Source of the DNA: a virus
Length of the DNA stretch: 50,536 nucleotides
Virus record (IMG/VR): IMGVR_UViG_3300048562_000008
Direction: 5' to 3' (one strand)
Position numbers and translations under genes: made by a program. Positions 21,392-30,432 of this stretch are shown one piece after another. Position 1 is the stretch's first letter; every line of letters starts with the position of its first letter. Under the pieces are notes generated by a model. That model had not been told where the DNA came from. It made no database searches and saw nothing but the letters and a program-made list of their open reading frames with translations.

Positions 21392-22600
21392 ATGGCAGGG
21401 GCAACCCTCACCACTCTGAGCAACATCCTCAAGGAGATGTATCTCCCGCCGGTTGTTGACCAGATCAACAACGAGATCCTCGTTCTGTCCCGCTGGGACG
21501 TGAACAAGAAGGACCTCGTCGGCCTCCAGGCCAACGTACCTCTGCACACCGGACGCTCGGGCGGAATCGGCGCTCGACCGGAGCTGGGTACGCTGCCGAC
21601 GGCGTACGCTCAGTCGTACGCGAAGGCCGTCTACAACCTCAAGTACCTCTACGGAACGATCCAGGTATCCGGTCCTTCGATCCAGAAGACGAAGAACTCC
21701 TCGGGTGCCTTCCTGGAGGCGTACAAGAGCGAGCTGGACGGCATCAAGGACGACCTGATGAACGACCTCGCCCGCCAGTTCTACGGCAACGGCGACGCTC
21801 GTCTCGCGACCTGCGGTGTGACCACGGCGTCCAACGTCGTGGTGCTCAACAGCGCAGAGCCGATCCGTCAGGGCTTCCTGTACATCGGCCAGGTTGTCGA
21901 CATCGGCACGGCGGCTGACCCCAACACCCTGGTGTCGGGCGAGGTCATCACCGCGATCAACGAGTCGACCCCCAGCATCACGGTCACCACGGCGATCACG
22001 ACCACGACGGCGAACTTCGTGTACACCACGGGCAACACCCTGGGCACGGACGCAACGGTCGTGTACGAGATCGACGCAGGCCTGCAGAAGCTGGTGTCGA
22101 CCTCGGCCAACACGGTCGGCGGCATCAACGCGGCGACCAACGCCTACTGGGACAACCTCCGCGACACCGCGGGCGGCGCCCTGACCGAGGACAACCTGCT
22201 CAAGAACTGGAACAACGTGCGCATCCGTGGCGGCAAGCCGTCCCTGGTGCTCTCGTCGTTCGGCCTCCAGCGCGTGTACTTCAACGCCCTGCAGGGCAAC
22301 CGTCGCTACGTGGAGCCGACCAAGCTCCGCGGCGGGTTCGAGAGCCTGGAGTTCCAGGGCCAGGCGTTCGTGGCTGACCGCCACGCGCCGTACAGCAAGC
22401 TGTTCATCCTGGACGAGTCCAAGCTGATGGTGTTCTCACCGGCAGACTGGGACTTCCTCGCACGCGACGGCCAGGCCGTCAAGTGGGTCCAGAACATCGA
22501 CGCCTTCCAGTCGATCCTGTTCCGCTACATCAACATCGGCACGAACCGTCGGAACGTGCAGCTGGTGATGTCCGGCCTGACGGACGCACTGGGCTACTAG
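21392..22600 (+). CDS. major capsid protein
   Basis: 402 aa immediately after the scaffold gene and followed by a strong hairpin. The call rests on position and size. Confidence 0.75.
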   Translation: MAGATLTTLSNILKEMYLPPVVDQINNEILVLSRWDVNKKDLVGLQANVPLHTGRSGGIGARPELGTLPTAYAQSYAKAVYNLKYLYGTIQVSGPSIQKTKNSSGAFLEAYKSELDGIKDDLMNDLARQFYGNGDARLATCGVTTASNVVVLNSAEPIRQGFLYIGQVVDIGTAADPNTLVSGEVITAINESTPSITVTTAITTTTANFVYTTGNTLGTDATVVYEIDAGLQKLVSTSANTVGGINAATNAYWDNLRDTAGGALTEDNLLKNWNNVRIRGGKPSLVLSSFGLQRVYFNALQGNRRYVEPTKLRGGFESLEFQGQAFVADRHAPYSKLFILDESKLMVFSPADWDFLARDGQAVKWVQNIDAFQSILFRYINIGTNRRNVQLVMSGLTDALGY

Positions 22601-22634
22601 GCCTCGCCTAGTAGTATCGTCACCCCAAGGCCTT

Positions 22635-22673
22635 CCCCGGTTGAGCCTGAGCTTCGGCTCGAATCAACCGGGG
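22635..22673 (+). terminator. strong hairpin after the capsid gene (10-bp outer stem)
   Basis: CCCCGGTTGA...TCAACCGGGG encloses an inner GAGCC/GGCTC stem. The downstream sequence is only weakly T-rich (acctacttt). Confidence 0.5.
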
Positions 22674-22694
22674 ACCTACTTTCAAGGAGGACGT

Positions 22695-23168
22695 ATGAGC
22701 GAAGTAATGTACCGTGTGAAGAACACGGACACTCGGCTGTGGGTCCCCGGCCGCAGCGACGGAGCGGACCTCGACGCCCTCCAGGCCGCGGTGCGGCAGT
22801 ACGACGAGGCGCTGTTCCTGGCCCGTCACGAGAAGACCGGCGACTGGTGCATCTTCATCCAGGGGATCTCCGAGGAGTCGCGCGACAAGCCGCTGCCCGT
22901 CATCGGGCTGGGCAAGCAGCTGCCCCCGCGAGAGGTGCTCATGGAGCGGCTCCGCGCGGCAGACACGCGCATCCACGGTTCGGCCATCCTGAGCAAGATC
23001 AACGACACCAACGCGGGCGTCAAGGCCATCAAGCGCGCGGCAGCCGACCAGGCCACCGAGGCCGCGGTCGAGGCGTACGAGTGGGCGCACCGCGACATCA
23101 AGGGCTACAGCGGACGCACCGCGAACATCAAGGGCCGCAAGCGCAACACCAAGGAGGCGATGGTCTAG
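22695..23168 (+). CDS. hypothetical virion protein (157 aa)
   Basis: AAGGAGG RBS. The track ORF 22641..23168 is trimmed. Confidence 0.65.
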   Translation: MSEVMYRVKNTDTRLWVPGRSDGADLDALQAAVRQYDEALFLARHEKTGDWCIFIQGISEESRDKPLPVIGLGKQLPPREVLMERLRAADTRIHGSAILSKINDTNAGVKAIKRAAADQATEAAVEAYEWAHRDIKGYSGRTANIKGRKRNTKEAMV

Positions 23169-23836
23169 TGCGACCAGCAGAGATGGACGTGCGCCAGGGC
23201 AACCAGCGGCGCAAGAAGGCCGCAGCGGCCCTGCTCGCGCAGATGCAGGCCCGCACGGCAGGCAACGCCTCGGCGGGCCTCGGCGGGGTACGGCAGTCTG
23301 GCGGGCTGGCACGCGCGGGCGCGAAGGCAGGCATCATCCGCGGCCAGGGCCGGGGCATCCCGGCGGGGCTGGAGGGTCTGTACGCCCGGGCGGGCGACTT
23401 CGCTCGACAGAACCAGCTGGGCGACTACTCGCTCAACGCCGAGCAGCAGGTGGGCGCGCCGGACCCGGGCGTCTTCGCAGGCGGCTACGCTACCGCGAAC
23501 GCCCCGATCAGCGATCCGGGCGGTGTGGGCGGACAAGCGCAGGGCGTGCAGGATCCGGTGGTGGCTGGCGCGCAGGCGCAGGAGTCGCAGGCCGTAGAGG
23601 GCAGCACCGCCTACGCCAACCAGGCACAGGGTGTGGGCGTCATCAACGACCCAGGTCTTAGCGACCTGCAGAAGCTGCAGACCCTAGTCCCGGGCTACGG
23701 AAGCACGCTCGGCGGGCCGCTGCAGGGGCAGACCGCTGACGCACCGCGGGACGGTCAGCCAATGAACGGCGGCATCTACTACCAGGGCACCATCATCCCC
23801 ATGGGTGTGTGGCGCGCGATCAGCCAGGGACTCTAG
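23168..23836 (+). CDS. Gly/Gln/Ala-rich hypothetical virion protein
   Basis: The GTG overlaps the preceding TAG; an alternative ATG lies at 23183. It is in frame with track ORF 22739..23836. Confidence 0.5.
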   Translation: MRPAEMDVRQGNQRRKKAAAALLAQMQARTAGNASAGLGGVRQSGGLARAGAKAGIIRGQGRGIPAGLEGLYARAGDFARQNQLGDYSLNAEQQVGAPDPGVFAGGYATANAPISDPGGVGGQAQGVQDPVVAGAQAQESQAVEGSTAYANQAQGVGVINDPGLSDLQKLQTLVPGYGSTLGGPLQGQTADAPRDGQPMNGGIYYQGTIIPMGVWRAISQGL

Positions 23837-23848
23837 GGAGGTGACCTG

Positions 23849-24493
23849 ATGGACGTTGCCGACATGATCTCGGAGATCGATGACCACGGATTCACCGACA
23901 CGGAGGCGGCGCGCAAGGTCGCCATGCTCAACAAGGCTATGTACGACATCGCCTCGCGGGCCAACCTGCCGTGGCTGCTGACCACCGCGACGCTGTCCTT
24001 CGACGGCACGTCGAACGTCGCCACGACGGGCTACCCCACGAACCTCGACACGGTCTACGACCTATCGCGCACAGACGGGTCGAACTTCTACCCGCTGGAG
24101 CCGATCCGACTGGACGACCTCGACAAGCGCGGGGTAGACCTGGCCGCGGTCAGCGACCCACAGGAGTACTACTTCATCGGGGAGCAGCTGACGGTCAACC
24201 CGCGCCCCGCAAGCGGCACCACGCTGCGGCTGCGGTACTACCGCGTACCGGCCGAGCTGACCGATGCGACCGTGGAGGCGAACGTGGACCTGCCCAAGCA
24301 GTGGCACGACGTGCTGGTACTGGGTGGGCTGTACCGCCTGTACGACATGGAGGACGACCCGGAGCAGTCCGTGCGCTTCCAGGACCACTACGAGCGCCGT
24401 CTCAGCACCATCGGCAGCGAGCAGGTGCAGCAGGTAGACCGTCCCGAGTACATCCACCCGGTCGACGGCTTCGACTACGATTGGTGGGACTAA
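23849..24493 (+). CDS. head-tail adaptor or tail tubular A-like protein (214 aa)
   Basis: The size and its position before a 750-aa protein mimic a podovirus gp11/gp12 pair. This is a positional inference only. Confidence 0.5.
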   Translation: MDVADMISEIDDHGFTDTEAARKVAMLNKAMYDIASRANLPWLLTTATLSFDGTSNVATTGYPTNLDTVYDLSRTDGSNFYPLEPIRLDDLDKRGVDLAAVSDPQEYYFIGEQLTVNPRPASGTTLRLRYYRVPAELTDATVEANVDLPKQWHDVLVLGGLYRLYDMEDDPEQSVRFQDHYERRLSTIGSEQVQQVDRPEYIHPVDGFDYDWWD

Positions 24494-24512
24494 TCCCAGC
24501 TAGGAGGTGACC

Positions 24513-26774
24513 ATGCCGGTACTCTCGCAGACGCTCCCGGGTGCCCCGGGCGGCATGAACCTCGCGCTCCCGGCGCAGGAGCTGGACGACACCGAGGCGC
24601 GCTACATCCAGGACGGCCTGCTCGACAAGCCGGGCCTGATCCGCTCGCGCGGGCCGGTGCAGGCCATCACCGGCCTCCCGACCACGCCGTACCGAGGCAG
24701 CGGCCTGGTCGTGACCATCGACCCGGTCGGCAACGACCGCTACGCGGTGCTCAACGGCGACTCGACGCACGGGCTGTTCTCGATGCTCAACCCGGGACAG
24801 ACCGCGTTCGAAAGCTACACGTGGCCGTACAACCTCAACTCATCGCCCAGTACCGGCGTCGCGCAGGCGCACCGGCTCGTGGACTCCAAGCCCACCCCGG
24901 GCGGGGGCGCGTGGATCGGCGTGTCGAGCGGCTACGGCGCAGACGTGACCGAGCAGACCCTCGCCAAGTGGGAGGGCGGCTACCGTGACACGTACACGAC
25001 GGGCACGATCCGCTTCACCGGCGGCTCGTACACCGTGCAGGGCAGCGGCACCGCGTTCACCACGAAGGTGACGCCGGGCATGTACATCTTCGCGACGGTC
25101 GAGAACTCGGCGTACACTCCGGGGTCGTTCTTCGCGGGCGTCAAGCCGCTCATCGGCGTCGTCCGTTCCATCGAGTCGGACACGTCGCTCACGCTGCAGT
25201 CCCCGGCCCCGTACGCTTCGTCCGGCACGGCCTGGAACGAGGCTATCGGCACGCTGGCCTACAAGGCGTGGAGCTGCACCCCGGTGCGCGGATTCCAGTA
25301 CAAGATCGCCAAGGGCCTCATCACCACGTCGACCACGTCGACCACGGTGACGGGCGGCAAGACCAAGTTCATCAGCATGGGCATGCCCACGGTGGTGGAG
25401 GGGTCGCGCGCGTCCAACTACTGGAACATCTACCGCGCGAGCGACATGACGTGGATCGGCCGGGTCACCCAGGCGGTGTCCGAGACGAGCCTCACCCTGG
25501 TCGCCAACGCGAACATCGCGGTCGTGGATACGCCCTACGTGGCGCTCCGCGGCGACGGCGACTGGAGCCTCAACCTCCAGGCCACGTCGACCAAGCCCGG
25601 CTGGCTCAACGCGACCTACGCCGAGCTGGCCTGGTTCGCCAACGTCGGGACCTCGGTGGAGCGCACGTCGCGCCTCTACTTCGCAGACCCGTCGGACCCC
25701 GAGGCTATGGACGTATCGACGTACGACGGTGACTTCATCGACATCGCGTCGACGGTGTCCACAACCGAGCCAATCCGCGGCCTGCTGCCGACGTACAACT
25801 CGCTCCTCGTCTTCAAGGAGACGGAGACGTTCGGCGTCTTCGGCAGCTCCCCCTCGCAGTTCAACGTCCGCAAGATGGAGGACGACGGCTGCCTGCACCC
25901 CATGGGAATCCAGCCCTACGGCGGTGGCGCGGTGTGGCCGGGGCGCAACGGCATCTACTACTACGACGGCGTCAACACGCAGAACATCACGCAGAACAAG
26001 CTGGGCGACGTGTGGAAGAACGCGATCCGCGACATCGACCACGACCGCTACCGCTGCTGGAGCGTGATGGCCCGCAACCACTACATGCTGTTCCTGGAGA
26101 ACCTCGATCCCAGCGTGAAGCCGCGCAAGGGGAACACGGCCCAGGCCGTCACGCAGTGGACCGTGGTAATCAACATGGTGACTCAGGCCGTGACCCTGTT
26201 CACGAACGTCGGCATCCGCGGCAGCATCATCATCCCGCGCACGACCTCGCGGCAGTCCTGGTACCTGCTCAACAGCGGCAGCGTCGGGTACCTCTGCGAC
26301 ACCGAGGACCTGTTCGACCTGGAGGGCCTGGACGTACTCACGTCCCAGGACGCCACGGCGACGGGGCCGGACATCTTCTTCGAGTCCAAGAAGTTCGACA
26401 TCGGAGACGGCCTGCACCTCAAGCGGTTCAAGCAGTTCTCCGTGTGGTACCTCGCCCAGGGCGGGGGCATCCGCATGGACACCGTGCTCGGACTCAACAG
26501 CATCGGCACACAGCTCACCACGGTCCTACCGGCTTCGGTGCTCAGTTGGAGCCAGCTAGGCGTTCTGTTCAGCACCTGGGACGCCCTCGCGCTGGAGTTC
26601 GCGACGTGGGACGATATCGCAGAGGCCGTGTTCCTGCCGAAGCGTGCGCGCTTCTCCAAGAAGTCGCAGTACTTCGCCATCCGACTCTACCGCGAGAACG
26701 CAAACGTGCAGCGAGCGCAGTTCGGCCCGTTCCAGCTGCTGTTCAAGCCGCTACGAAAGGGCCGGGTGAACTAG
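24513..26774 (+). CDS. tail tube or nozzle-like protein (753 aa)
   Basis: The ATG is 7 nt after AGGAGG; the track start at 24507 is a GTG inside the RBS. The call is a size and position inference. Confidence 0.55.
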   Translation: MPVLSQTLPGAPGGMNLALPAQELDDTEARYIQDGLLDKPGLIRSRGPVQAITGLPTTPYRGSGLVVTIDPVGNDRYAVLNGDSTHGLFSMLNPGQTAFESYTWPYNLNSSPSTGVAQAHRLVDSKPTPGGGAWIGVSSGYGADVTEQTLAKWEGGYRDTYTTGTIRFTGGSYTVQGSGTAFTTKVTPGMYIFATVENSAYTPGSFFAGVKPLIGVVRSIESDTSLTLQSPAPYASSGTAWNEAIGTLAYKAWSCTPVRGFQYKIAKGLITTSTTSTTVTGGKTKFISMGMPTVVEGSRASNYWNIYRASDMTWIGRVTQAVSETSLTLVANANIAVVDTPYVALRGDGDWSLNLQATSTKPGWLNATYAELAWFANVGTSVERTSRLYFADPSDPEAMDVSTYDGDFIDIASTVSTTEPIRGLLPTYNSLLVFKETETFGVFGSSPSQFNVRKMEDDGCLHPMGIQPYGGGAVWPGRNGIYYYDGVNTQNITQNKLGDVWKNAIRDIDHDRYRCWSVMARNHYMLFLENLDPSVKPRKGNTAQAVTQWTVVINMVTQAVTLFTNVGIRGSIIIPRTTSRQSWYLLNSGSVGYLCDTEDLFDLEGLDVLTSQDATATGPDIFFESKKFDIGDGLHLKRFKQFSVWYLAQGGGIRMDTVLGLNSIGTQLTTVLPASVLSWSQLGVLFSTWDALALEFATWDDIAEAVFLPKRARFSKKSQYFAIRLYRENANVQRAQFGPFQLLFKPLRKGRVN

Positions 26775-26775
26775 C

Positions 26776-27285
26776 GTGCAGCAGGACACCATCGGGGACT
26801 GGACTCCGACCACGCTCATCAAGTTCGTCCGCGATCTCCAGGACCAGCAGCCGAAGATCCAGTACGGCACGCTGCAGGTCGACTACCTGGATGTCGTCAA
26901 GTCGCTCACTCTCACGGGTGACATCACCGTGCCGACCCGGCCCGCCTACTCACTGGTGGGCGGGCAGGGTCAGCCAGCCTTCGAGAACTCCTGGGCCAAC
27001 TGGGGCGCGGGCGGGCTGGGCGTTGCGGGGTACTGGAAGGACCCGTTTGGGTTCATCCACCTCAAGGGCGCGATCAAGTCCGGCACGATCAGCACCACCG
27101 CGTTCACCCTGCCGCCAGGATACCGACCGCCCGAGTACAAGGTGTTCGCGGCGCTCAAGGTCGACGCAGGCGTCACCTCGCTCGCGCGGGTGGACGTGAA
27201 CACGGACGGCACGGTCGTCCCGCAGACCGCCCCGGCGACGGGGTACATCACCCTCGACGGGATCTACTTCCGGCTGACGGTCTAG
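26776..27285 (+). CDS. tail fibre or receptor-binding-like protein (169 aa)
   Basis: The motif YWKDPFGFIHLKGAIKSG...FTLPPGYRP resembles the conserved C-terminal tail-fibre motif of actinophage minor tail proteins, recalled from memory. Confidence 0.6.
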   Translation: MQQDTIGDWTPTTLIKFVRDLQDQQPKIQYGTLQVDYLDVVKSLTLTGDITVPTRPAYSLVGGQGQPAFENSWANWGAGGLGVAGYWKDPFGFIHLKGAIKSGTISTTAFTLPPGYRPPEYKVFAALKVDAGVTSLARVDVNTDGTVVPQTAPATGYITLDGIYFRLTV

Positions 27286-27295
27286 GAGGACCCCC

Positions 27296-28117
27296 ATGCC
27301 AGCGAACGCATCAGGAACGCCCACGACCAACTACGGGTTCTACACGCTGAATCCCAGCGTGGACGCCCCGAACGGCACGGGCCTCAACACCATCATCACC
27401 TCAATCGACACCGAGCTATTCGCCAAGGTCATCGGCAAGGCGCTGCTGACCACGACGGGCGACATGCTCTACGCCTCAGCGGCGAGCACCCCCGCCCGCC
27501 TCGCGGCCGGTACGTCGGGCTACGTGCTGACGGCCAACGGCGCGGGTGTGGCTCCGTCCTGGGCGGCGCCCGCGGCCAGCTTCCCAGCGCCTGCGACCTC
27601 GCTACCCGGCTCTCCGTCAGACGGCCAGGCCACGATCTACACGGACAGCCTCACGGCCCCGACGTACCACTGGCTGCTCATCTACGAGGCCAGCACCAGT
27701 AAGTGGATGTACGCGGGCGGTACGCCAATGAGCCACCACGTCGTCACCTCCGAAGCGCCTGGCTCGTCCGGGTCCTGGGTGGATCTCGCCACGGCGGGAC
27801 CCACACTGACCACCCCGCTCGCTGGTGACTGGATCGCGTCGTTCGGCGCGCGCATCTCGCAGGGTGGAGTGGCGAACCAGACAAACCTCATCGGGATCAA
27901 GGTCGGCGCGGCTGCCGTGGGCAACGCGCAGACCGGCGGACTCACGGCGCAGAACACGGGCTTTGGGGCGGCGTCTGTGTACGGCCCGGCCGGGGACACG
28001 GCGCTTGCTGGTGTTGCGGCCTCGACCGTTATCAAGGTGCAGTACAACTCCTCCGGCAACACGTCGAGCGCCTTCGCCAACCGCTACCTGCATCTCACCC
28101 CCGTCAAGGTGAGCTAG
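27296..28117 (+). CDS. tail fibre protein (273 aa)
   Basis: The N-terminal GDMLYASAASTPARLAAGTSGYVLTANGAGVAPSWA motif is typical of phage tail fibres. Confidence 0.65.
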   Translation: MPANASGTPTTNYGFYTLNPSVDAPNGTGLNTIITSIDTELFAKVIGKALLTTTGDMLYASAASTPARLAAGTSGYVLTANGAGVAPSWAAPAASFPAPATSLPGSPSDGQATIYTDSLTAPTYHWLLIYEASTSKWMYAGGTPMSHHVVTSEAPGSSGSWVDLATAGPTLTTPLAGDWIASFGARISQGGVANQTNLIGIKVGAAAVGNAQTGGLTAQNTGFGAASVYGPAGDTALAGVAASTVIKVQYNSSGNTSSAFANRYLHLTPVKVS

Positions 28118-28127
28118 GAGGTTCTGA

Positions 28128-28940
28128 ATGGGCGTTCTCAGCAGTGTAGTAGACGCGGTATTCGGCAAGTCCCCCGTGCAGGAGGACCCGCTGTTCAAGT
28201 ACCGCCAGGGCGAGGCCGGGCAGGTCCCGGGCACCGGTAACGTCGCGCAGGCGTATCTGCAGGGCAAGCAGCTCTACGGCAACGCGCTCATCAAGTACAA
28301 CCAGGAGCGCACCAGCACGGCCCAGGGCTTCGGCTATCAGGGCGACATCGACCCGACCACGGGCGTGATGACCAACCTCCGCGTCGACCAGACGAACCCG
28401 TACGGCGCGTACCAGATGAACCGGCGGGCGCACGCGGACCAGTGGGACGCGCTTCGCCAGCAGAACGCAAGTCGACGCATCGGAGGCAAGGGACTCGGCG
28501 CGCAGGCGCAGAGCGACGCCCGCTTCGTGTGGGGCGGCGAGGACGCTGCGCAGGCCCAGGACTTCATCGGGCGACTCGCAGGCATCGACCAGGGACAGCA
28601 GCAGGCGTACCAGGGATGGCAGGACACGTACTGGAACGCGCTGGCACAGCAGACCCGCGACGCCATCGAGCAGCAGCGGTTCGACCAGGCGATGGCTCGC
28701 GGATCCGAGGAGGACTACGCGGGCAGCACCGGCGGTGGAGCCACCACCAAGGCAGCGGCCTACCCGACTTCCGGCCCCGCCTGGGGACCCGCGCCGTCCG
28801 CCGCGATGAAGAAGATCATCGCGGGCATCCAGAAGGTACCGGCCAAGGCTCCGGTCAAGTCGCCAAGCACCACCCTCACCCCGGCCAAGACCGCAGCACT
28901 CAACGCGGCCATCAGGGCCGCATCCAAGAAGAAGAAGTAG
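28128..28940 (+). CDS. internal virion protein-like (270 aa)
   Basis: Gln-rich with a Lys-rich tail, inside the run of three genes that precede the largest virion protein. Confidence 0.5.
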   Translation: MGVLSSVVDAVFGKSPVQEDPLFKYRQGEAGQVPGTGNVAQAYLQGKQLYGNALIKYNQERTSTAQGFGYQGDIDPTTGVMTNLRVDQTNPYGAYQMNRRAHADQWDALRQQNASRRIGGKGLGAQAQSDARFVWGGEDAAQAQDFIGRLAGIDQGQQQAYQGWQDTYWNALAQQTRDAIEQQRFDQAMARGSEEDYAGSTGGGATTKAAAYPTSGPAWGPAPSAAMKKIIAGIQKVPAKAPVKSPSTTLTPAKTAALNAAIRAASKKKK

Positions 28941-28950
28941 AGGAGGCCCC

Positions 28951-30411
28951 ATGGCTTATCCAGGCTCACGCCGCGTAGAGGGCTACCTGCGCCTCCCTGA
29001 CGGCCCGAACATTCAGAAGGCCGAGAACGTCGTCAAGTTCATGCGGGAGAACCCGGGCTGGGTGTACAAGCACCGAGACTGGGTTCGCCGCAGCGGTGCC
29101 ATGCTCGGCAAGAAGAAGGTCAAGGACCTCGCGGGCCTGGCTGGCTACGAGCTGACGAAGGACGGCACCGTCCTGCAGTACGAGGGCGGTGCAGCGGGGA
29201 ACCGCGGCAAGATGCTCAAGGCCTGGTTCCCGCCAAAGAGCACCAACGCCTCAGCGGGGGCGGTCAAGGCCCTCGCGAACAACGAGAACAAGCCCACCGT
29301 GTTCGTCGGCGGGAAGAAGGCCGACCCCAAGACCGGCCTGCCCAAGGGCGTAAAGCCTCCGACGACGACCACGAAGAAGCCACCAGTAGTCACCAAGCCT
29401 GGACCGTCCGGAGTTGGCGGGGGTGCGGGGGGCGGTGCGCTCACGGGGAGCCAGGAGCAGACCAGCAACTCCGGTCTGTTCGACCAGATCGCGGGCCTCG
29501 ACCCGAACACGGGCACCCCCATGACGCGCAGCATGATCGATGCCATCGTCAACGGCACGTACGACCCGCAGATGAACGAGGTGCGCCGGGAGATCGGCAA
29601 GAACCCGGCCCAGCTCCAGACCAACCTCGCGGACATCGCGCGCTGGTACGGCGACACGATCAAGAGCGTCGAGACGGCCAAGACCCGCGGGGCCGACATG
29701 ACCAAGTCGGTCGCGGACGCGTCGGTCGGGAACGCCAAGGCGATCCTGGAGTCCATCGGCGGACAGGCTGCGCTCGGAGCACAGGGTGTGGCGCAGTCCG
29801 GCGCGAACGCGGCGGGCACGATCCAGGCGCTCGGGGCGAACGACCAGACGTACCTGAACGACATCCAGCCGCTCCTCAAGGGCGAGGCTGCGAACGCCTC
29901 GACTGCGGAGACGGCGCGCATGGGCAACCTCCTCCAGGGCTACAAGCAGCGACTCGCGGACCTCGCACTCCAGAAGGGCGGGGCGCGCGGCTCGGGCATC
30001 GTGGAGGCGATCCAGAGCAACAACGCCATCGACCAGCAGCGGTTCTCCAACAGGGTGGGCCTGATCCAGACGGCGGGTGCGCTCGCCCTGGACAACGCGA
30101 AGGCGCAGAACTACCTGGCGGACCAGCAGGCGGCAGCGGACAAGGACGCCAAGGACAGCAGCAAGACGATCCTGGCGACCGTCCAGAAGGCGAACGCCCA
30201 GGCGAACCAGTACGGGTACGACCCCAAGGAGCTGCACGCGCAGTACCCGAAGGGCGGACTGGCTCCCGGCGAGCTGGTGTCGAACATCCTGAACACCTAC
30301 CGCGCGAACTCCCTGCCACTCACGGACCCGCGGGTCCGCTCGGCAGCAGCGGCCCTCATCCAGACATACGGCTACAAGGTCGACCCGAAGTGGGTCAGCG
30401 GTTGGCGATAA
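28951..30411 (+). CDS. internal virion protein-like (486 aa)
   Basis: Track ORF with a GAGGAGG RBS, low-complexity Lys/Pro/Gly linker and Ala/Gln-rich helices. Confidence 0.5.
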   Translation: MAYPGSRRVEGYLRLPDGPNIQKAENVVKFMRENPGWVYKHRDWVRRSGAMLGKKKVKDLAGLAGYELTKDGTVLQYEGGAAGNRGKMLKAWFPPKSTNASAGAVKALANNENKPTVFVGGKKADPKTGLPKGVKPPTTTTKKPPVVTKPGPSGVGGGAGGGALTGSQEQTSNSGLFDQIAGLDPNTGTPMTRSMIDAIVNGTYDPQMNEVRREIGKNPAQLQTNLADIARWYGDTIKSVETAKTRGADMTKSVADASVGNAKAILESIGGQAALGAQGVAQSGANAAGTIQALGANDQTYLNDIQPLLKGEAANASTAETARMGNLLQGYKQRLADLALQKGGARGSGIVEAIQSNNAIDQQRFSNRVGLIQTAGALALDNAKAQNYLADQQAAADKDAKDSSKTILATVQKANAQANQYGYDPKELHAQYPKGGLAPGELVSNILNTYRANSLPLTDPRVRSAAAALIQTYGYKVDPKWVSGWR

Positions 30412-30432
30412 CCCAGTAAAGGAGGGCGCATC